DNA from: a virus | Taxonomy: Duplodnaviria; Caudoviricetes | Direction: 5' to 3' (one strand) | Virus record (IMG/VR): IMGVR_UViG_3300010366_000002 | Coordinates: 1-54,145 of that record | DNA length: 54,145 bases | Shown: one piece after another, positions 27,736 to 37,636 of the stretch | Numbering within the stretch: the stretch's first letter is position 1 | Layout: every line of letters begins with the position of its first letter | Notes under the pieces: generated by a model | What the model was told of the DNA's origin: nothing | The model's database searches: none | What the model saw: the letters and a program-made list of their open reading frames with translations, nothing else | Program-made: the position numbers and the translations under genes

Positions 27736-27938
27736 TGCTGGAGAATCCGTTCAATCGTCGCCAGGCACTCGCTCATCGGGATGTCCTGCACCCGCTTCGG
27801 TGCCCACGGATTAAGCCCCGGTGCCCGGACCAACGTACAACGTGCCTGGTGCGTCACGTCGACTTGGAGGTAGAGCGAGCCAGCGCAACCACTACAGCTC
27901 GCCCCAAGAAGAGACATGAGCACCAGGACACGCCTCAT
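27717..27938 (-). CDS. Putative small lipoprotein
   Basis: MRRVLVLMSLLGASCSGC lipobox-like. Confidence 0.5.
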   Translation of the reverse strand: MRRVLVLMSLLGASCSGCAGSLYLQVDVTHQARCTLVRAPGLNPWAPKRVQDIPMSECLATIERILQQWETRP

Positions 27939-27945
27939 CGAAGCC

Positions 27946-28425
27946 CTAGAGCCGGCCAGTGGTCGCCAGCACGGGCCACGCCACCATCTCCGCGACCGCC
28001 TGCGCCCCCTCTGCCTGCCTGCGCTCGATCATCTCTCGTGTATGAAGGGTACGCGGTTCCTGTCCCGGCCATACCTGCTGCGACAGCGCTTCGACGGCAT
28101 GCATCAGTACATCCGCTTCGGTAATCGTCAGATAGCGCTCTGGACGGCAGCCCCAGGGACACGGCATATTCTCCGTCACACCCCAAAGTCGGCAGATCAT
28201 GGGGCGGCTGGCGTAGACCGTGCATTTGCCACGCTTGAGTAGCGGACACACCACCTGTTTTGCTTCTGCCAGCCGCAAAGGACTCGCACGCTTAATCCGT
28301 ATCCATTCGACATACGCCATGCCGAGGGGTCCGCAGCAATCCTGGCAGAGTCCTTGACAGGCAATGGAGGGCACCTGGGCATACATCTGTTCAAGGGCAG
28401 CACAGGCATCTTTAAACGTCATCAC
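27946..28425 (-). CDS. YkgJ-family cysteine-cluster (Zn/Fe-chelating) protein
   Basis: CQGLCQDCC...CPLL...CTVYASRPMICRLWG. Confidence 0.85.
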   Translation of the reverse strand: MMTFKDACAALEQMYAQVPSIACQGLCQDCCGPLGMAYVEWIRIKRASPLRLAEAKQVVCPLLKRGKCTVYASRPMICRLWGVTENMPCPWGCRPERYLTITEADVLMHAVEALSQQVWPGQEPRTLHTREMIERRQAEGAQAVAEMVAWPVLATTGRL

Positions 28426-29609
28426 CGTGAGGCAATCCCTATATATTCAAACCAGCCACCCAGATACGCCACGATCCCGGTATTGGTATCGGCAGCGTCC
28501 GCCCCCTCGCGCTGTACCTGAAAAATGATCGCATCGTTGCCGCCAAACACGTTCGGGCCAAAGGGGAAAAACCGCAAATACGAGGTATCCGCCGCCGCCG
28601 GTGTCCAGGGCGCCTGCGTAAAGCCCAGCCCATACTGCGGCTGCCCATCCCGAATCAGGATCGCGGTATAGGACAATTTCACATTATTGCCCGCCACGGA
28701 GTTCGTCAAAAAGAGCTTCAGCGTCGAGTTCTGGGTAAAATCCATGCCCAGAGGCGCCGGCACGATCCAGGCATACGTCGTGTTGGAGCCGTGCGGCCAT
28801 CCCGCCACGGCATACGACCCGTGTCCGAGGGTCGCAATACGGGTCGTCAGGGTCGTATACCATTGCGTCGTGCCCTTCATCTCGCCGATAATAAAGCGCA
28901 ACTCCTGAATTTGCTGCTCGCCAAAGAGCGGTAAAACCTCCGTGCCCACCTCGCCCGGATTAATGCCCAGTTGCATGGACGTCAAGAGTTCCTGACTTTG
29001 ATACCAGGGCACGGTCTGACTCCCCCCGCCTTTCATCTCGCGCAGCATCGTATGCAGTTGCGCGATTTGTTGCTCGCCAAACAGCGGCAACTGTTCCGTG
29101 CCCACTTCGCCCGGATCCGCATTGAATTGAAACTGTGCCAGCGTTTCGTAGCTCTGGCGCCAGTTCGACAAATTCTTCAGTTCGCTGACCATGGTGCGGA
29201 GTTGCAGAATTTCTTGCGCCACATTCTGCGCCAGAATTTCCGTCCCAGGCTCACCAGGGTCCATGCCGCTGTTGCCCTCTTGCACGGTATCCGACACCCC
29301 GGAGGTAATCGTGGTCGCATCACTCAAGGGCACCGGGACGATGATGCCGTCGATGGTCGACAGCGGTACATCCTGGGCATTATGGACTGATAGTTTATAT
29401 GAAACCGAACACGTAAGGTATACATCCATGAATCCGCCAGCATCAGCTATGGTAGGATTTGTATTAATCCCAGTTCCAGCAGCGCTATTGTACGTGGCCA
29501 GCGGTGTCGTAGTCCCGCCGTGATAGGTATACAGCTTCCCGCCACTCAATGGATTTCCATTTGCATCAAAGAGTTGTAAGCGAGGGAGCGCCAACGCTGC
29601 AACAGCCAT
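28422..29609 (-). CDS. Tailspike/fibre attachment protein with podoviral head-binding-type N-terminus and three internal repeats
   Basis: QLFDANGNPLSGGKLYTYHGGTTTPLATY; (D/N)PGExGTE...QLR..xxExK x3. Confidence 0.75.
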   Translation of the reverse strand: MAVAALALPRLQLFDANGNPLSGGKLYTYHGGTTTPLATYNSAAGTGINTNPTIADAGGFMDVYLTCSVSYKLSVHNAQDVPLSTIDGIIVPVPLSDATTITSGVSDTVQEGNSGMDPGEPGTEILAQNVAQEILQLRTMVSELKNLSNWRQSYETLAQFQFNADPGEVGTEQLPLFGEQQIAQLHTMLREMKGGGSQTVPWYQSQELLTSMQLGINPGEVGTEVLPLFGEQQIQELRFIIGEMKGTTQWYTTLTTRIATLGHGSYAVAGWPHGSNTTYAWIVPAPLGMDFTQNSTLKLFLTNSVAGNNVKLSYTAILIRDGQPQYGLGFTQAPWTPAAADTSYLRFFPFGPNVFGGNDAIIFQVQREGADAADTNTGIVAYLGGWFEYIGIASR

Positions 29610-29658
29610 CTTAAACTAATCCTTTACAGTACATAGAAATTGTTTTCTGCGTCTATCG

Positions 29659-29760
29659 TGCTATACTTCCTCGTGCAGCTAGGGTCTGCAGCCCGACAAG
29701 CCAGCACCTGTACTGGTTGCTGCACACATCTTTTACAGGTTCTAACCAAACAGGAGGTTA
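29659..29760 (+). promoter_or_regulatory. Extended -10 promoter and structured leader RNA of the HNH gene
   Basis: TGcTATACT 29659-29667; GTGCAGC...GCTGCAC stem 29673-29725 enclosing two hairpins. Confidence 0.6.
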
Positions 29761-29763
29761 GGA

Positions 29764-30321
29764 ATGAAAAACATCCCCCGTGTCTGTCAATATAGTCCCT
29801 GTAGGAAACCCTTTATGGTCTATCCCTCACAATTACGCAAAGGCGCAGGTATTTATTGTTCACGCGCCTGTATGTATGCGTCCTTCTCAAAACCAATTCC
29901 GCGTGTGTGTCGCCTTTGTCGTCGTGATTTCCTGTCCTACCCCGCTCAAATACAACGAGGAAACGCCCAGTACTGCTCTCGATATTGTTACGACAGCGCC
30001 AAACGGTTTGACCTCACGACTTTTTGGCAATGGGTCTCTACCTGTCTGCATGGAAAAGACTGTCCTTTTTGTTGCTGGCCGTGGAAACTCCCCTTAAAAA
30101 ACGGTTATGGCTATTTCCAGCTTGAGCGTATCCAATACTACGCCCATCGTACAGCCTGGGAGATTTGGCACAATCGGCCTATTCCCCATGCCTTATTTGT
30201 AGCTCATTACTGCCACAACCGCGCTTGCTGTAATCCAGACCATATTCACGCGGCAACCCCGAAAGAAAATATTGCCGATTCTATCCGTGATGGCCGTATG
30301 GGATGGCAGCAAGATCGTTAA
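29764..30321 (+). CDS. HNH (homing) endonuclease with Cys-rich N-terminal repeats
   Basis: YCSRAC/YCSRYC repeats; CWPWK..GYG..YAHR..HYCHNRACCNPDH...EN; inserted antisense in the tail module. Confidence 0.9.
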   Translation: MKNIPRVCQYSPCRKPFMVYPSQLRKGAGIYCSRACMYASFSKPIPRVCRLCRRDFLSYPAQIQRGNAQYCSRYCYDSAKRFDLTTFWQWVSTCLHGKDCPFCCWPWKLPLKNGYGYFQLERIQYYAHRTAWEIWHNRPIPHALFVAHYCHNRACCNPDHIHAATPKENIADSIRDGRMGWQQDR

Positions 30322-31814
30322 ACATTCGCAACCTCCATTTCTAGATGCGCTCCCAACACGGCTCTCGGTACTGGGTCTGATATGGATATTTCATACACTC
30401 GCGACCGACTCCGTCCCAGCCGCCGAAACACGGCCCTTTTCAGCCGCTGGCCCTCCTGGCCGAGTGTCGCCCGACGCTCCTCGCTCCAGGTCCCCGTCGC
30501 ATCATCACTCCAGCGCAGCATCAGCTGCGGGTCACTCCCCTGGCCCGTGTCGCCCCCGAGCCCCATGTGACAATCGACTTGCAGCGTATGATGATGCACC
30601 CAGGGCAAATTGGCTGCCCCCTTGCCCTGAAACACATACGGTGCCCGGCGCAGGGCAAGCAGGGGCATCCCATTATCGTCATACGTGCGCTCATCCAGGA
30701 TATACACGTTACCATTGGCCCAGTCCCCCACGAGGTGCACGCCAAAGGCAAACGTATGCGCATTGGCCCGGTGCCGCTCGAACATACCGGTCTCCGGATT
30801 CAAGTAGGCCCGCTCATGCCACAGCCCCGACGCCAAATCAAAGACCCACGTCGCATTGCCGGAGGGAAACGTCAACCAGTAAAACTCATGGCCGTCGCGT
30901 TGCTCACCCCACGCGATGGCATCCTGGAGAAACCCGGCGGTGCCCCCGCGCGCTTGGCGATAATAGTTTTGCCAGGCCGCCTCCGTCGCATGCGTGGAAA
31001 CCCGCGCCAGCACGCCATCCCGCATGAGGAAGACCATCGCCTGGCCCTCCTGATTGGCAGACAGCCACAGATGCGCACTGGCCCCGAGCGACGCCACCGA
31101 ATGGATCGCGGTAATGCCCTGCTCACTAAACCCACCCTGAATGCGCTGGAACGGATTGAGGAGATCCCCGACGTTCATCCAACGCTCCGTCGTCGTCGCG
31201 CCAAACAACCAGATTTCCCGCTGCTGCACCAGTAAAGACACCAACCGGTCGGGAAAGCCATCTACCGATGCAAAGTCTAAAGCATCGAAGTTAATGGCGT
31301 TTAAGTCCGTCCAGAAAAACTGATTCGACAGCGGCCGATTAAACAGCAAATAGTGGTCGAGCGTTTGCACCCGATCGGCGCCAGGAAAGTTGGGATCAAT
31401 AATCTGCCTATAGAGATTGGTCTGCAGATTCAGACTATAGCCATAATAGCCATCCACGATGACAAGATACTGACCATTATCGGCCATCGACACGGGGCCT
31501 TGACTCGTCAGGAAAAACCCGCGCTGCGTCAGCGCCCCGTAAGGCGTCACTTCATACAGGTCATTGCCTGCCGCAATAAAACAGCGATCGAGAGTCCCCG
31601 CATGCGTCGTGTACAGGCCGTTGCCCCGAATGCCCATGCCCGCTGCCAGGCCAATCGCCGTAAATAACTTGAGTCCGGGCGTCCCCAGCAGCACCGTTGG
31701 CACCTTGCCTGTTTTACTTTCTACGGTTTCCACATAAAAATTCACCGTGCGCTGGGCATCTACCGGCAAGGCCCGTAACGTATACGACCCGCCGACAAAA
31801 GGCACAGGGGGCAT
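30318..31814 (-). CDS. Tail hub / packaged-DNA stabilisation protein (P22 gp10-like)
   Basis: TPGLKLF, PVSMADNG, GHEFYWLTFP, LMLRWSDD, RRLGRSRSRVYEISISDP. Confidence 0.85.
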   Translation of the reverse strand: MPPVPFVGGSYTLRALPVDAQRTVNFYVETVESKTGKVPTVLLGTPGLKLFTAIGLAAGMGIRGNGLYTTHAGTLDRCFIAAGNDLYEVTPYGALTQRGFFLTSQGPVSMADNGQYLVIVDGYYGYSLNLQTNLYRQIIDPNFPGADRVQTLDHYLLFNRPLSNQFFWTDLNAINFDALDFASVDGFPDRLVSLLVQQREIWLFGATTTERWMNVGDLLNPFQRIQGGFSEQGITAIHSVASLGASAHLWLSANQEGQAMVFLMRDGVLARVSTHATEAAWQNYYRQARGGTAGFLQDAIAWGEQRDGHEFYWLTFPSGNATWVFDLASGLWHERAYLNPETGMFERHRANAHTFAFGVHLVGDWANGNVYILDERTYDDNGMPLLALRRAPYVFQGKGAANLPWVHHHTLQVDCHMGLGGDTGQGSDPQLMLRWSDDATGTWSEERRATLGQEGQRLKRAVFRRLGRSRSRVYEISISDPVPRAVLGAHLEMEVANV

Positions 31815-31822
31815 ATTAAGTC

Positions 31823-32554
31823 CTATTCCGGCTGGCTAATATGGTCATAGTAACTATAGCTCCCCACTTTACGCCCAAACAACCCATGCGGCATCTGCAA
31901 CACGGGAATCGACGCATTGAGCGACTCCACCAGTTGTCGCGCTTCCATCGCAATTTTGACCGTTTGGGGCGTGAGGCGTGCACCCGGTTGTTGCCCCAGA
32001 TCCACCGCCAGGGCATGCACGAGCAAGCGCTCATAGCCCGGCGGCAGACTCAGGACGTCGTCCAACTGATCCACGCTCGACACGCTCCACGGATGCCACA
32101 CCCAGAGCACAATCTTTTTCGACTGCGTCGGAGACGGATGCAGAAACAAGACCCCCAGCGGCCAGCCAGGCTCATAATAAAACCGCGTCGGCAGCGCTGA
32201 CGTCAGTTCCCGCACCCGTAAGTTGTGGTATTGCTGCCGCTGCAACCGGCCCAGCGGCAACTCCAAGGCGGGCACTTGCGCTTCATCGCGCCAATTCGCC
32301 GCCTCAATCCGCACCGGGCGCACGATAGGCAAGTCCCCGCCCGGACCAAGCGTATACTGCTGCTTCAATACCGTCATGGTGAGAACCTGCCGATCCAGGA
32401 AGTACACCAGCAGCTCCTCCAACGCCCAGGCATCAATCATCTGGTTCAGCACGGTAAGGCAATCCTGGGCCAGGGTGGCGTCGAGAACTTCCCCGGCGGC
32501 CCGCAGGCCCACGAGCAACGCACTTTGATGCAGCAAATCACGCACGGTGCCCAT
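31823..32554 (-). CDS. Head-tail adaptor (P22 gp4-like)
   Basis: Start MGTVRDLL; LNQMIDAW, QYTLGPGGD, LSLPPGYE; position before gp10-like gene. Confidence 0.75.
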   Translation of the reverse strand: MGTVRDLLHQSALLVGLRAAGEVLDATLAQDCLTVLNQMIDAWALEELLVYFLDRQVLTMTVLKQQYTLGPGGDLPIVRPVRIEAANWRDEAQVPALELPLGRLQRQQYHNLRVRELTSALPTRFYYEPGWPLGVLFLHPSPTQSKKIVLWVWHPWSVSSVDQLDDVLSLPPGYERLLVHALAVDLGQQPGARLTPQTVKIAMEARQLVESLNASIPVLQMPHGLFGRKVGSYSYYDHISQPE

Positions 32555-32969
32555 CTGACACCTCCAGTGGTCGCTCGCACGGAGGCGACCTATGCCGCGT
32601 CCACGGCTCAAAGGCCAAGAGTGCCTCGACCGTCGGCCAGACCCCAGTAAACGTGAGAGCCCGATCATCTAGCGTCACCATCGCGGGCGGCTTTTCGAGC
32701 GGAAACAGCAGCCATTTCTCCACGATATCGCGCCGATATTGTGAGGCAGCATGCTGGCGAAACCACCTCCGCATGGCCTCAGTACCGCCTATCTCATGAC
32801 TGCGACTCGAATAAATATGCACCTGAAACGCCTGGACCGCCGCCTCCAGAAACCGCCACATCCCCGGTACGGGGGGATCGGAAATGACCGTTGCCCCCTG
32901 CCAACCACTCGTGTAACTATGACACACCCCGTCAAAATCGAGACACAGTATGGGCTTCCGCGTGGTCAT
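32538..32969 (-). CDS. HAD-superfamily phosphatase-like protein
   Basis: ILCLDFDGV motif I; KPPA..LDDRA. Confidence 0.8.
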   Translation of the reverse strand: MTTRKPILCLDFDGVCHSYTSGWQGATVISDPPVPGMWRFLEAAVQAFQVHIYSSRSHEIGGTEAMRRWFRQHAASQYRRDIVEKWLLFPLEKPPAMVTLDDRALTFTGVWPTVEALLAFEPWTRHRSPPCERPLEVSDGHRA

Positions 32970-33457
32970 GGGTTCACCGAGAACAGGGCCATTGACCGTG
33001 CTATAGCATCCATTGTGTCGTCATTGACTAGTTCTAAAAGTAGGTTGCCAGTTCCCTCCGTAAACGCCGTGAGCGCCGACACGGTAAAGACCAGGGTATC
33101 GCCCCGGTTAAACTTGTTGAGGCCCGTAATGGCCGTAGCGGGCACCTGCGCGCCCTCCGGCGTACAGTTGGCACTCGTCAGGGCTAACACCCCGCCCGTC
33201 ATCACCGTTGACACCGCCGCCGCCGTGACAATCTTTGGCGTCAGTGTGGCCGCCTTGGCCGCCGTCGTCACCTTACTAAACACGCTGAAGCGGTACGAAT
33301 CTAAGCGCCCCTTAAAGGGTGCTGTATACTGGATCTGATCCCCGGCCACAAAACCCGTCAACGCCAGATACAGCGACACCGGGATACTCCCTGCCCCGAT
33401 GGCGATATTCTCCAAGGTCATGGTCTGACCTTCAACATTGGGTCCCGGAAAGGCCAT
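32966..33457 (-). CDS. Hypothetical virion (decoration-like) protein
   Basis: beta-rich, downstream of coat. Confidence 0.6.
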   Translation of the reverse strand: MAFPGPNVEGQTMTLENIAIGAGSIPVSLYLALTGFVAGDQIQYTAPFKGRLDSYRFSVFSKVTTAAKAATLTPKIVTAAAVSTVMTGGVLALTSANCTPEGAQVPATAITGLNKFNRGDTLVFTVSALTAFTEGTGNLLLELVNDDTMDAIARSMALFSVNP

Positions 33458-33459
33458 AA

Positions 33460-33882
33460 TTATGTCCTCCTGCCGCGTTCATGCGCCGGAGCTTCAGGCG
33501 CCGCTTGCGGCGTTGCCTGAGCTGCCTCTAAGGCATCTACACGCGCCTCAAGCACGTCCATCTGCGTTTGATGCGAGGTTAGTAACCCTAACACCTGCTG
33601 ATACGTATCCGGCGACACGTACGCTTCTGGCGCTGGCGGCGCATTCGACACATACACCGTCGACGCTGGCGCGGTCTCCACCCCAAACGCCGCCAGGCTG
33701 TCGCGCCAGCCAAGGGCCCACAGCGCACTGTACTGCTCAAAACTGTGCACTCCCTCGTGCAAATGCCGGCCTCCTTCGTCGACAAAGGCCAGATAGCACG
33801 GCTCAAACGTCTCGACGGTCATCTGCATGCTGGGCGCAATCGTGACATTGCCCCCAGCCACCACGGTCACGTCATCCGCCAT
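33460..33882 (-). CDS. Hypothetical protein
   Basis: AAGGA RBS directly after coat gene. Confidence 0.65.
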   Translation of the reverse strand: MADDVTVVAGGNVTIAPSMQMTVETFEPCYLAFVDEGGRHLHEGVHSFEQYSALWALGWRDSLAAFGVETAPASTVYVSNAPPAPEAYVSPDTYQQVLGLLTSHQTQMDVLEARVDALEAAQATPQAAPEAPAHERGRRT

Positions 33883-33903
33883 ACGTTAGTCCTTATCAAA
33901 TTG

Positions 33904-35142
33904 TTATGATGCGATACGGACTGCTAAGTCCGGGTATATATAGGTCCACCCATAGAGTACGTCCAATCTACCTGCACTAATATCATTCGCACCATCCTGA
34001 TACATATAGAAGCGTATCGAGATGTTGCTATCGGGGTCACTCACCCGTTCGCACAGTTCCCGTGGCACACCGGGCGGGTAATCCAGATCCACGACGGCAA
34101 GCGTGATGGCGTCACGGTGAAAGCCCAGGTTCTGCGGACTCATCGTATTCGCCGCACCGATCACCGTAAGCGGCGCATTGGCCAGCGGCGCCGCGTTCAC
34201 CGTCTGAAACTGCACCCGGCTGCCATCCGGGTTGGGCGGCGTAATGGCCGGGTAAATCGGAATCGTCGCCGCGCCTGTGGCATCGCTGGAGGTCTGCGCC
34301 TGCACCACAAAGTTTTGCAAGCGCCCGGTGGATTGCCGGTTCTGCGGGTTGACCGAATAGACCCCTTGAATGGTGAACACGTCCCCCCGGTTGAGCCGCA
34401 CCGCGGCCGCAGCGGTCCAGCCGCCCGTGACCAGGTTCGATCCCGTCTGGCCGCCACCCGTGACCGTCGGCGTACCACCTAGCGGGCCCACGGTATGGGC
34501 CGGAATGTTGACATCTTCATACCAGTCCCAGCCACCCGATTGATCCATTAAACCCGTACGGTACAGTTCACTGATGCCGGGCTGCGGGTTAAATAGTGTC
34601 GTCTTGGCCTCGCCAATGACCGCCATGCTATTGGCGCCCAGCATGAGCGAGCGCATGCCTTCCCCCTTGGGCGCGCCCTGTTCGGTCAGAATCGCTCCCG
34701 CCTGCCAGTACGTCGCCAGCGAGTTCGGCACGACACCTGGCGTGCCCAACATCCACGGCACCTGGTAATAAATCCCCAGACCATCCTCGTCAATGACGTT
34801 GGCAATCCGGGCCACGGCGGGCTCAAGATGGCGCCTTCTAAAATCATCCATACTGAGGGTGAAGTCAAACGACGTAAAGTTGAGGTCCACGCCAAACATT
34901 GACAGCGTCAGATTCGTGTATTGTTCGTTGATCCCTTCAAAGTACGCCGTCGCACCACGCCGCCCGACATACCGTTGCGGCTTGCGTAAACTGATCGTCT
35001 GCCCGTGCTTAGCGCCCGTCTGCGCAAACTGGTTTTCGTATTGGCGATTGACCCGGTTGCCCATCTGTAAGCGGTTCTTGAGAATCATGGCGCTTTCGTA
35101 ACTAATATGCGCCGGGGTGAGAAACGTATTATTGGTAGCCAT
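33904..35142 (-). CDS. Major capsid protein (P22 gp5-like coat)
   Basis: Start MATNNTFLT; VNRQYENQF...GQTISLRKP, GDVFTIQGVYSVNPQ, QNLGFHRDA, RLDVLYG. Confidence 0.92.
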   Translation of the reverse strand: MATNNTFLTPAHISYESAMILKNRLQMGNRVNRQYENQFAQTGAKHGQTISLRKPQRYVGRRGATAYFEGINEQYTNLTLSMFGVDLNFTSFDFTLSMDDFRRRHLEPAVARIANVIDEDGLGIYYQVPWMLGTPGVVPNSLATYWQAGAILTEQGAPKGEGMRSLMLGANSMAVIGEAKTTLFNPQPGISELYRTGLMDQSGGWDWYEDVNIPAHTVGPLGGTPTVTGGGQTGSNLVTGGWTAAAAVRLNRGDVFTIQGVYSVNPQNRQSTGRLQNFVVQAQTSSDATGAATIPIYPAITPPNPDGSRVQFQTVNAAPLANAPLTVIGAANTMSPQNLGFHRDAITLAVVDLDYPPGVPRELCERVSDPDSNISIRFYMYQDGANDISAGRLDVLYGWTYIYPDLAVRIAS

Positions 35143-35241
35143 AGGGCATACATATCCTCTACATTGGCACCGGAGCACGGCAGTTGCCTGCCAAAGCGAG
35201 CCGTGCGCCGGTAGGTCCTATATGCCCGCAAGCCACTTGGG

Positions 35242-36288
35242 TCACGGGCGTCCGTTGCGTTCTTTGAGCCGCATCTGCTCATAATCACTGAGCGGCATCC
35301 CCGCATGAAATCCCAGCACGGGTTGCGCACTCCCCGTCCCCACCGGAGCCAGGGGGACCGGCGCCGGGGGCGCCAGCGCCACAGACGAGGCCGCTCGCCC
35401 GGAACGGTCACGACTGTGCCCCTGCTCCCTGGCCAAGCGCGCTTCTAAACCAACCAGATAGCGCGCAGCCGCATCCGGCGTCATGGCGTTAAAGGCGCGC
35501 AACTCTTCGGGGTTCGTGCCGAGGTGATACATCAGGGCCGCCCCGTGCTCCGAACCGACGAAAAACGGTGCCAGCACACTGCCCGGACCCGTCGCGACTT
35601 GCAGCTGCGCCATACGGCGATCATAGTCCGGGTATTTAAGACGCCCTTCTTCGGTGCGCTGCCGCCACACCTGCTCCACCTGCTGCGCCGCCTGTGCCCG
35701 CTGGTTCGCCACGGTCTCCGCGGTCTCCAGCTCCCGCCAATACAGCCGCAAATCATCTTCATACTGCTGATAATCGCCGTAGTGCTGTGGCTGCGGCCGG
35801 GGGCGCATCCCCGGAGGCACGGCCGGACCCTGCCCCTGCGGCTGTCCCTGTGGCTCCACTCTCTCCCGCTGCAGGGCGGCTAACTGTCCCTCCAGAAACG
35901 CTAAGCGCTGTTCACGCTCGATGTCCCGCGCCAGCAACTCCGTATGCCGGCGCTGATAGTTTTGATTCTCTTCCCACAGCCGGGCCCGAAACCTGCGGTT
36001 CGACTCGCCCGGATGCTGGCCCAAATCCTGAGGCGTAGGCGCTGGAGGCGCTGCGGGCTCCGCAGATTCCTCAAGCTCCGCGCCCTCGTCGTCTCCCGGC
36101 TCTGTGGGCTCCACAGGCACCGGGATGTCATCGTCATCCCCCGCTGCGGGCTCCGCAGGGGGCGGTGGTGCGGTGGGTGCAGGCGGTGTCGTCTCGACCG
36201 TGAACCGTGGATGATTGGCATCCGCGACCGGCGTAATCGTGCCGTCTGCATTGAGCACCGCGCCACTAGCAAATATGGGTCCTGCCAT
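35242..36288 (-). CDS. Scaffolding protein
   Basis: Acidic/Pro-rich N-term, coiled coil, KYPDYD, GAALMYHLGTNPEE; directly upstream of coat. Confidence 0.8.
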   Translation of the reverse strand: MAGPIFASGAVLNADGTITPVADANHPRFTVETTPPAPTAPPPPAEPAAGDDDDIPVPVEPTEPGDDEGAELEESAEPAAPPAPTPQDLGQHPGESNRRFRARLWEENQNYQRRHTELLARDIEREQRLAFLEGQLAALQRERVEPQGQPQGQGPAVPPGMRPRPQPQHYGDYQQYEDDLRLYWRELETAETVANQRAQAAQQVEQVWRQRTEEGRLKYPDYDRRMAQLQVATGPGSVLAPFFVGSEHGAALMYHLGTNPEELRAFNAMTPDAAARYLVGLEARLAREQGHSRDRSGRAASSVALAPPAPVPLAPVGTGSAQPVLGFHAGMPLSDYEQMRLKERNGRP

Positions 36289-36357
36289 CTGGTGTACTCC
36301 TCGTCACAGCCCGGTTTGGGTCGGGCAGCCACCCACGATAATCGGCGTCTCAATAAC

Positions 36358-36397
36358 GCAAAAAGGCGCTGCCTCGCTCGTGCACGAGACAGCGCCT
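36358..36397 (-). terminator. Intrinsic terminator-like hairpin inside the scaffold 5' leader
   Basis: Minus strand AGGCGCTGTCTCG...CGAGGCAGCGCC-TTTTT. Confidence 0.55.
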
Positions 36398-36469
36398 CAG
36401 AGGTGCGTCACATTCCTAGTGGCCGCCAGGATAGACGCCGATATGGAAAATTGTCTACGCCTATAATAC

Positions 36470-36846
36470 AAGTTTGTTCAAGGTTTTTCTATACCTTGTT
36501 TAGGCTTTGTTTACTGTTTCATGTTGTCCTACTGTGCTATACTTCTCCCTGTCTGTGGAGTAGATGGTGTCCATTGCCACAGACAGTTTTTGTTCCCTTC
36601 CAAGGCTCTTCGACAACACAGCGTAGGTGGTTGAGAGAGGCAGTCTCTCTCGTAAAACGTTGTACGCATAGCAAGAACCTCTCGTCAGTCCTGGAGCTTC
36701 TTGACGTTGCTCTAGGCGCGCCCAATGGCGGGGCGCTCAACAGGGTACGAGGCCCGGCCGACCGGGACCCACCTCAAGAACCTGAACCGGCAACTTCCAG
36801 GGACGGTCCCTGGAATCCGCCTCGTTCACGGGGCGGAGGATGTCAA
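36470..36846 (+). mobile_element. IS200/IS605-derived element D (promoter + omegaRNA-like RNA + right end; left end not found)
   Basis: Right end GAAT-CCGCCTCG-TTCA-CGGGGCGG-AGGATG-TCAA; promoter region homologous to C. Confidence 0.75.
36550..36846 (+). ncRNA. omegaRNA-like ncRNA D (predicted guide GTCTTGCCACACCACATCAA, 36847-36866)
   Basis: TGcTATACT -10 at 36535-36543; boxA-like motif and conserved stem-GTAAAA module. Confidence 0.65.
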
Positions 36847-36880
36847 GTCTTGCCACACCACATCAAGGTCAAGGCAGCGC

Positions 36881-37636
36881 TCAGGCATAGAGGGACCCCT
36901 GTTTTGGCTTCGACGATGGCAACGGCACCGGGAACAAATGCAGTTGCTGCGTCAAGACTTCCAAGCGCCGACAGGCATACTCAAAATAGGCGGGATTGAT
37001 TTCAATGCCTATAAACCCACGCTGCAACTGCAGCGCCGCGTATCCCGTCGTGCCCGAACCCATAAATGGATCAAGCACGACCTGTCCGGGTAAACTGGCC
37101 CGATTGACCAACCAGCGCATCATCCTAATGGGCTTGGCACAGGGATGCGCGTGCAGATTCGCATCATTGCCCGAGGTCTGAGCACAGGCATTGGGACGCG
37201 ATCCTTGACCAATGGCGAGATAGGGATCTTTCCCATAATAGAGAATCGGTGACATACACGTAAAGCCCCACCGGCTGCACCCCGTGCCGGCGGCGAAGAA
37301 AAAACAGCCAATATCATCGGCGGAGGGATAGCGCCCGAGATTCCGTACCCCTGATATCACCGCCATACAGGTAGCCAGATTCCGACACTGGGTCAGAATA
37401 GGCAGCACCACGTTCTCAAAATACGCGACTGTATCCTCATGTGCAAAGGTATCTGGACGGCGCGTACCCTTACGCTGCCCATTCCCGAGACGGCGCGAGC
37501 CCATTTTGCCTCGCAACTCCACTCCATAAGGCGGATCCGTAATGACCGAATCCACCGGCGCAAGCGTAGACACAATCTCCGCTGCATCGCCACAATAGAG
37601 CGTACAGGCACCTATCTGCTCCATCGTCCAACTCAA
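36881..37636 (-). CDS. DNA methyltransferase (N6-A/N4-C, beta class)
   Basis: VITDPPYG ... HPCAKP ... VLDPFMGSGTTG. Confidence 0.92.
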   Translation of the reverse strand: MSWTMEQIGACTLYCGDAAEIVSTLAPVDSVITDPPYGVELRGKMGSRRLGNGQRKGTRRPDTFAHEDTVAYFENVVLPILTQCRNLATCMAVISGVRNLGRYPSADDIGCFFFAAGTGCSRWGFTCMSPILYYGKDPYLAIGQGSRPNACAQTSGNDANLHAHPCAKPIRMMRWLVNRASLPGQVVLDPFMGSGTTGYAALQLQRGFIGIEINPAYFEYACRRLEVLTQQLHLFPVPLPSSKPKQGSLYA

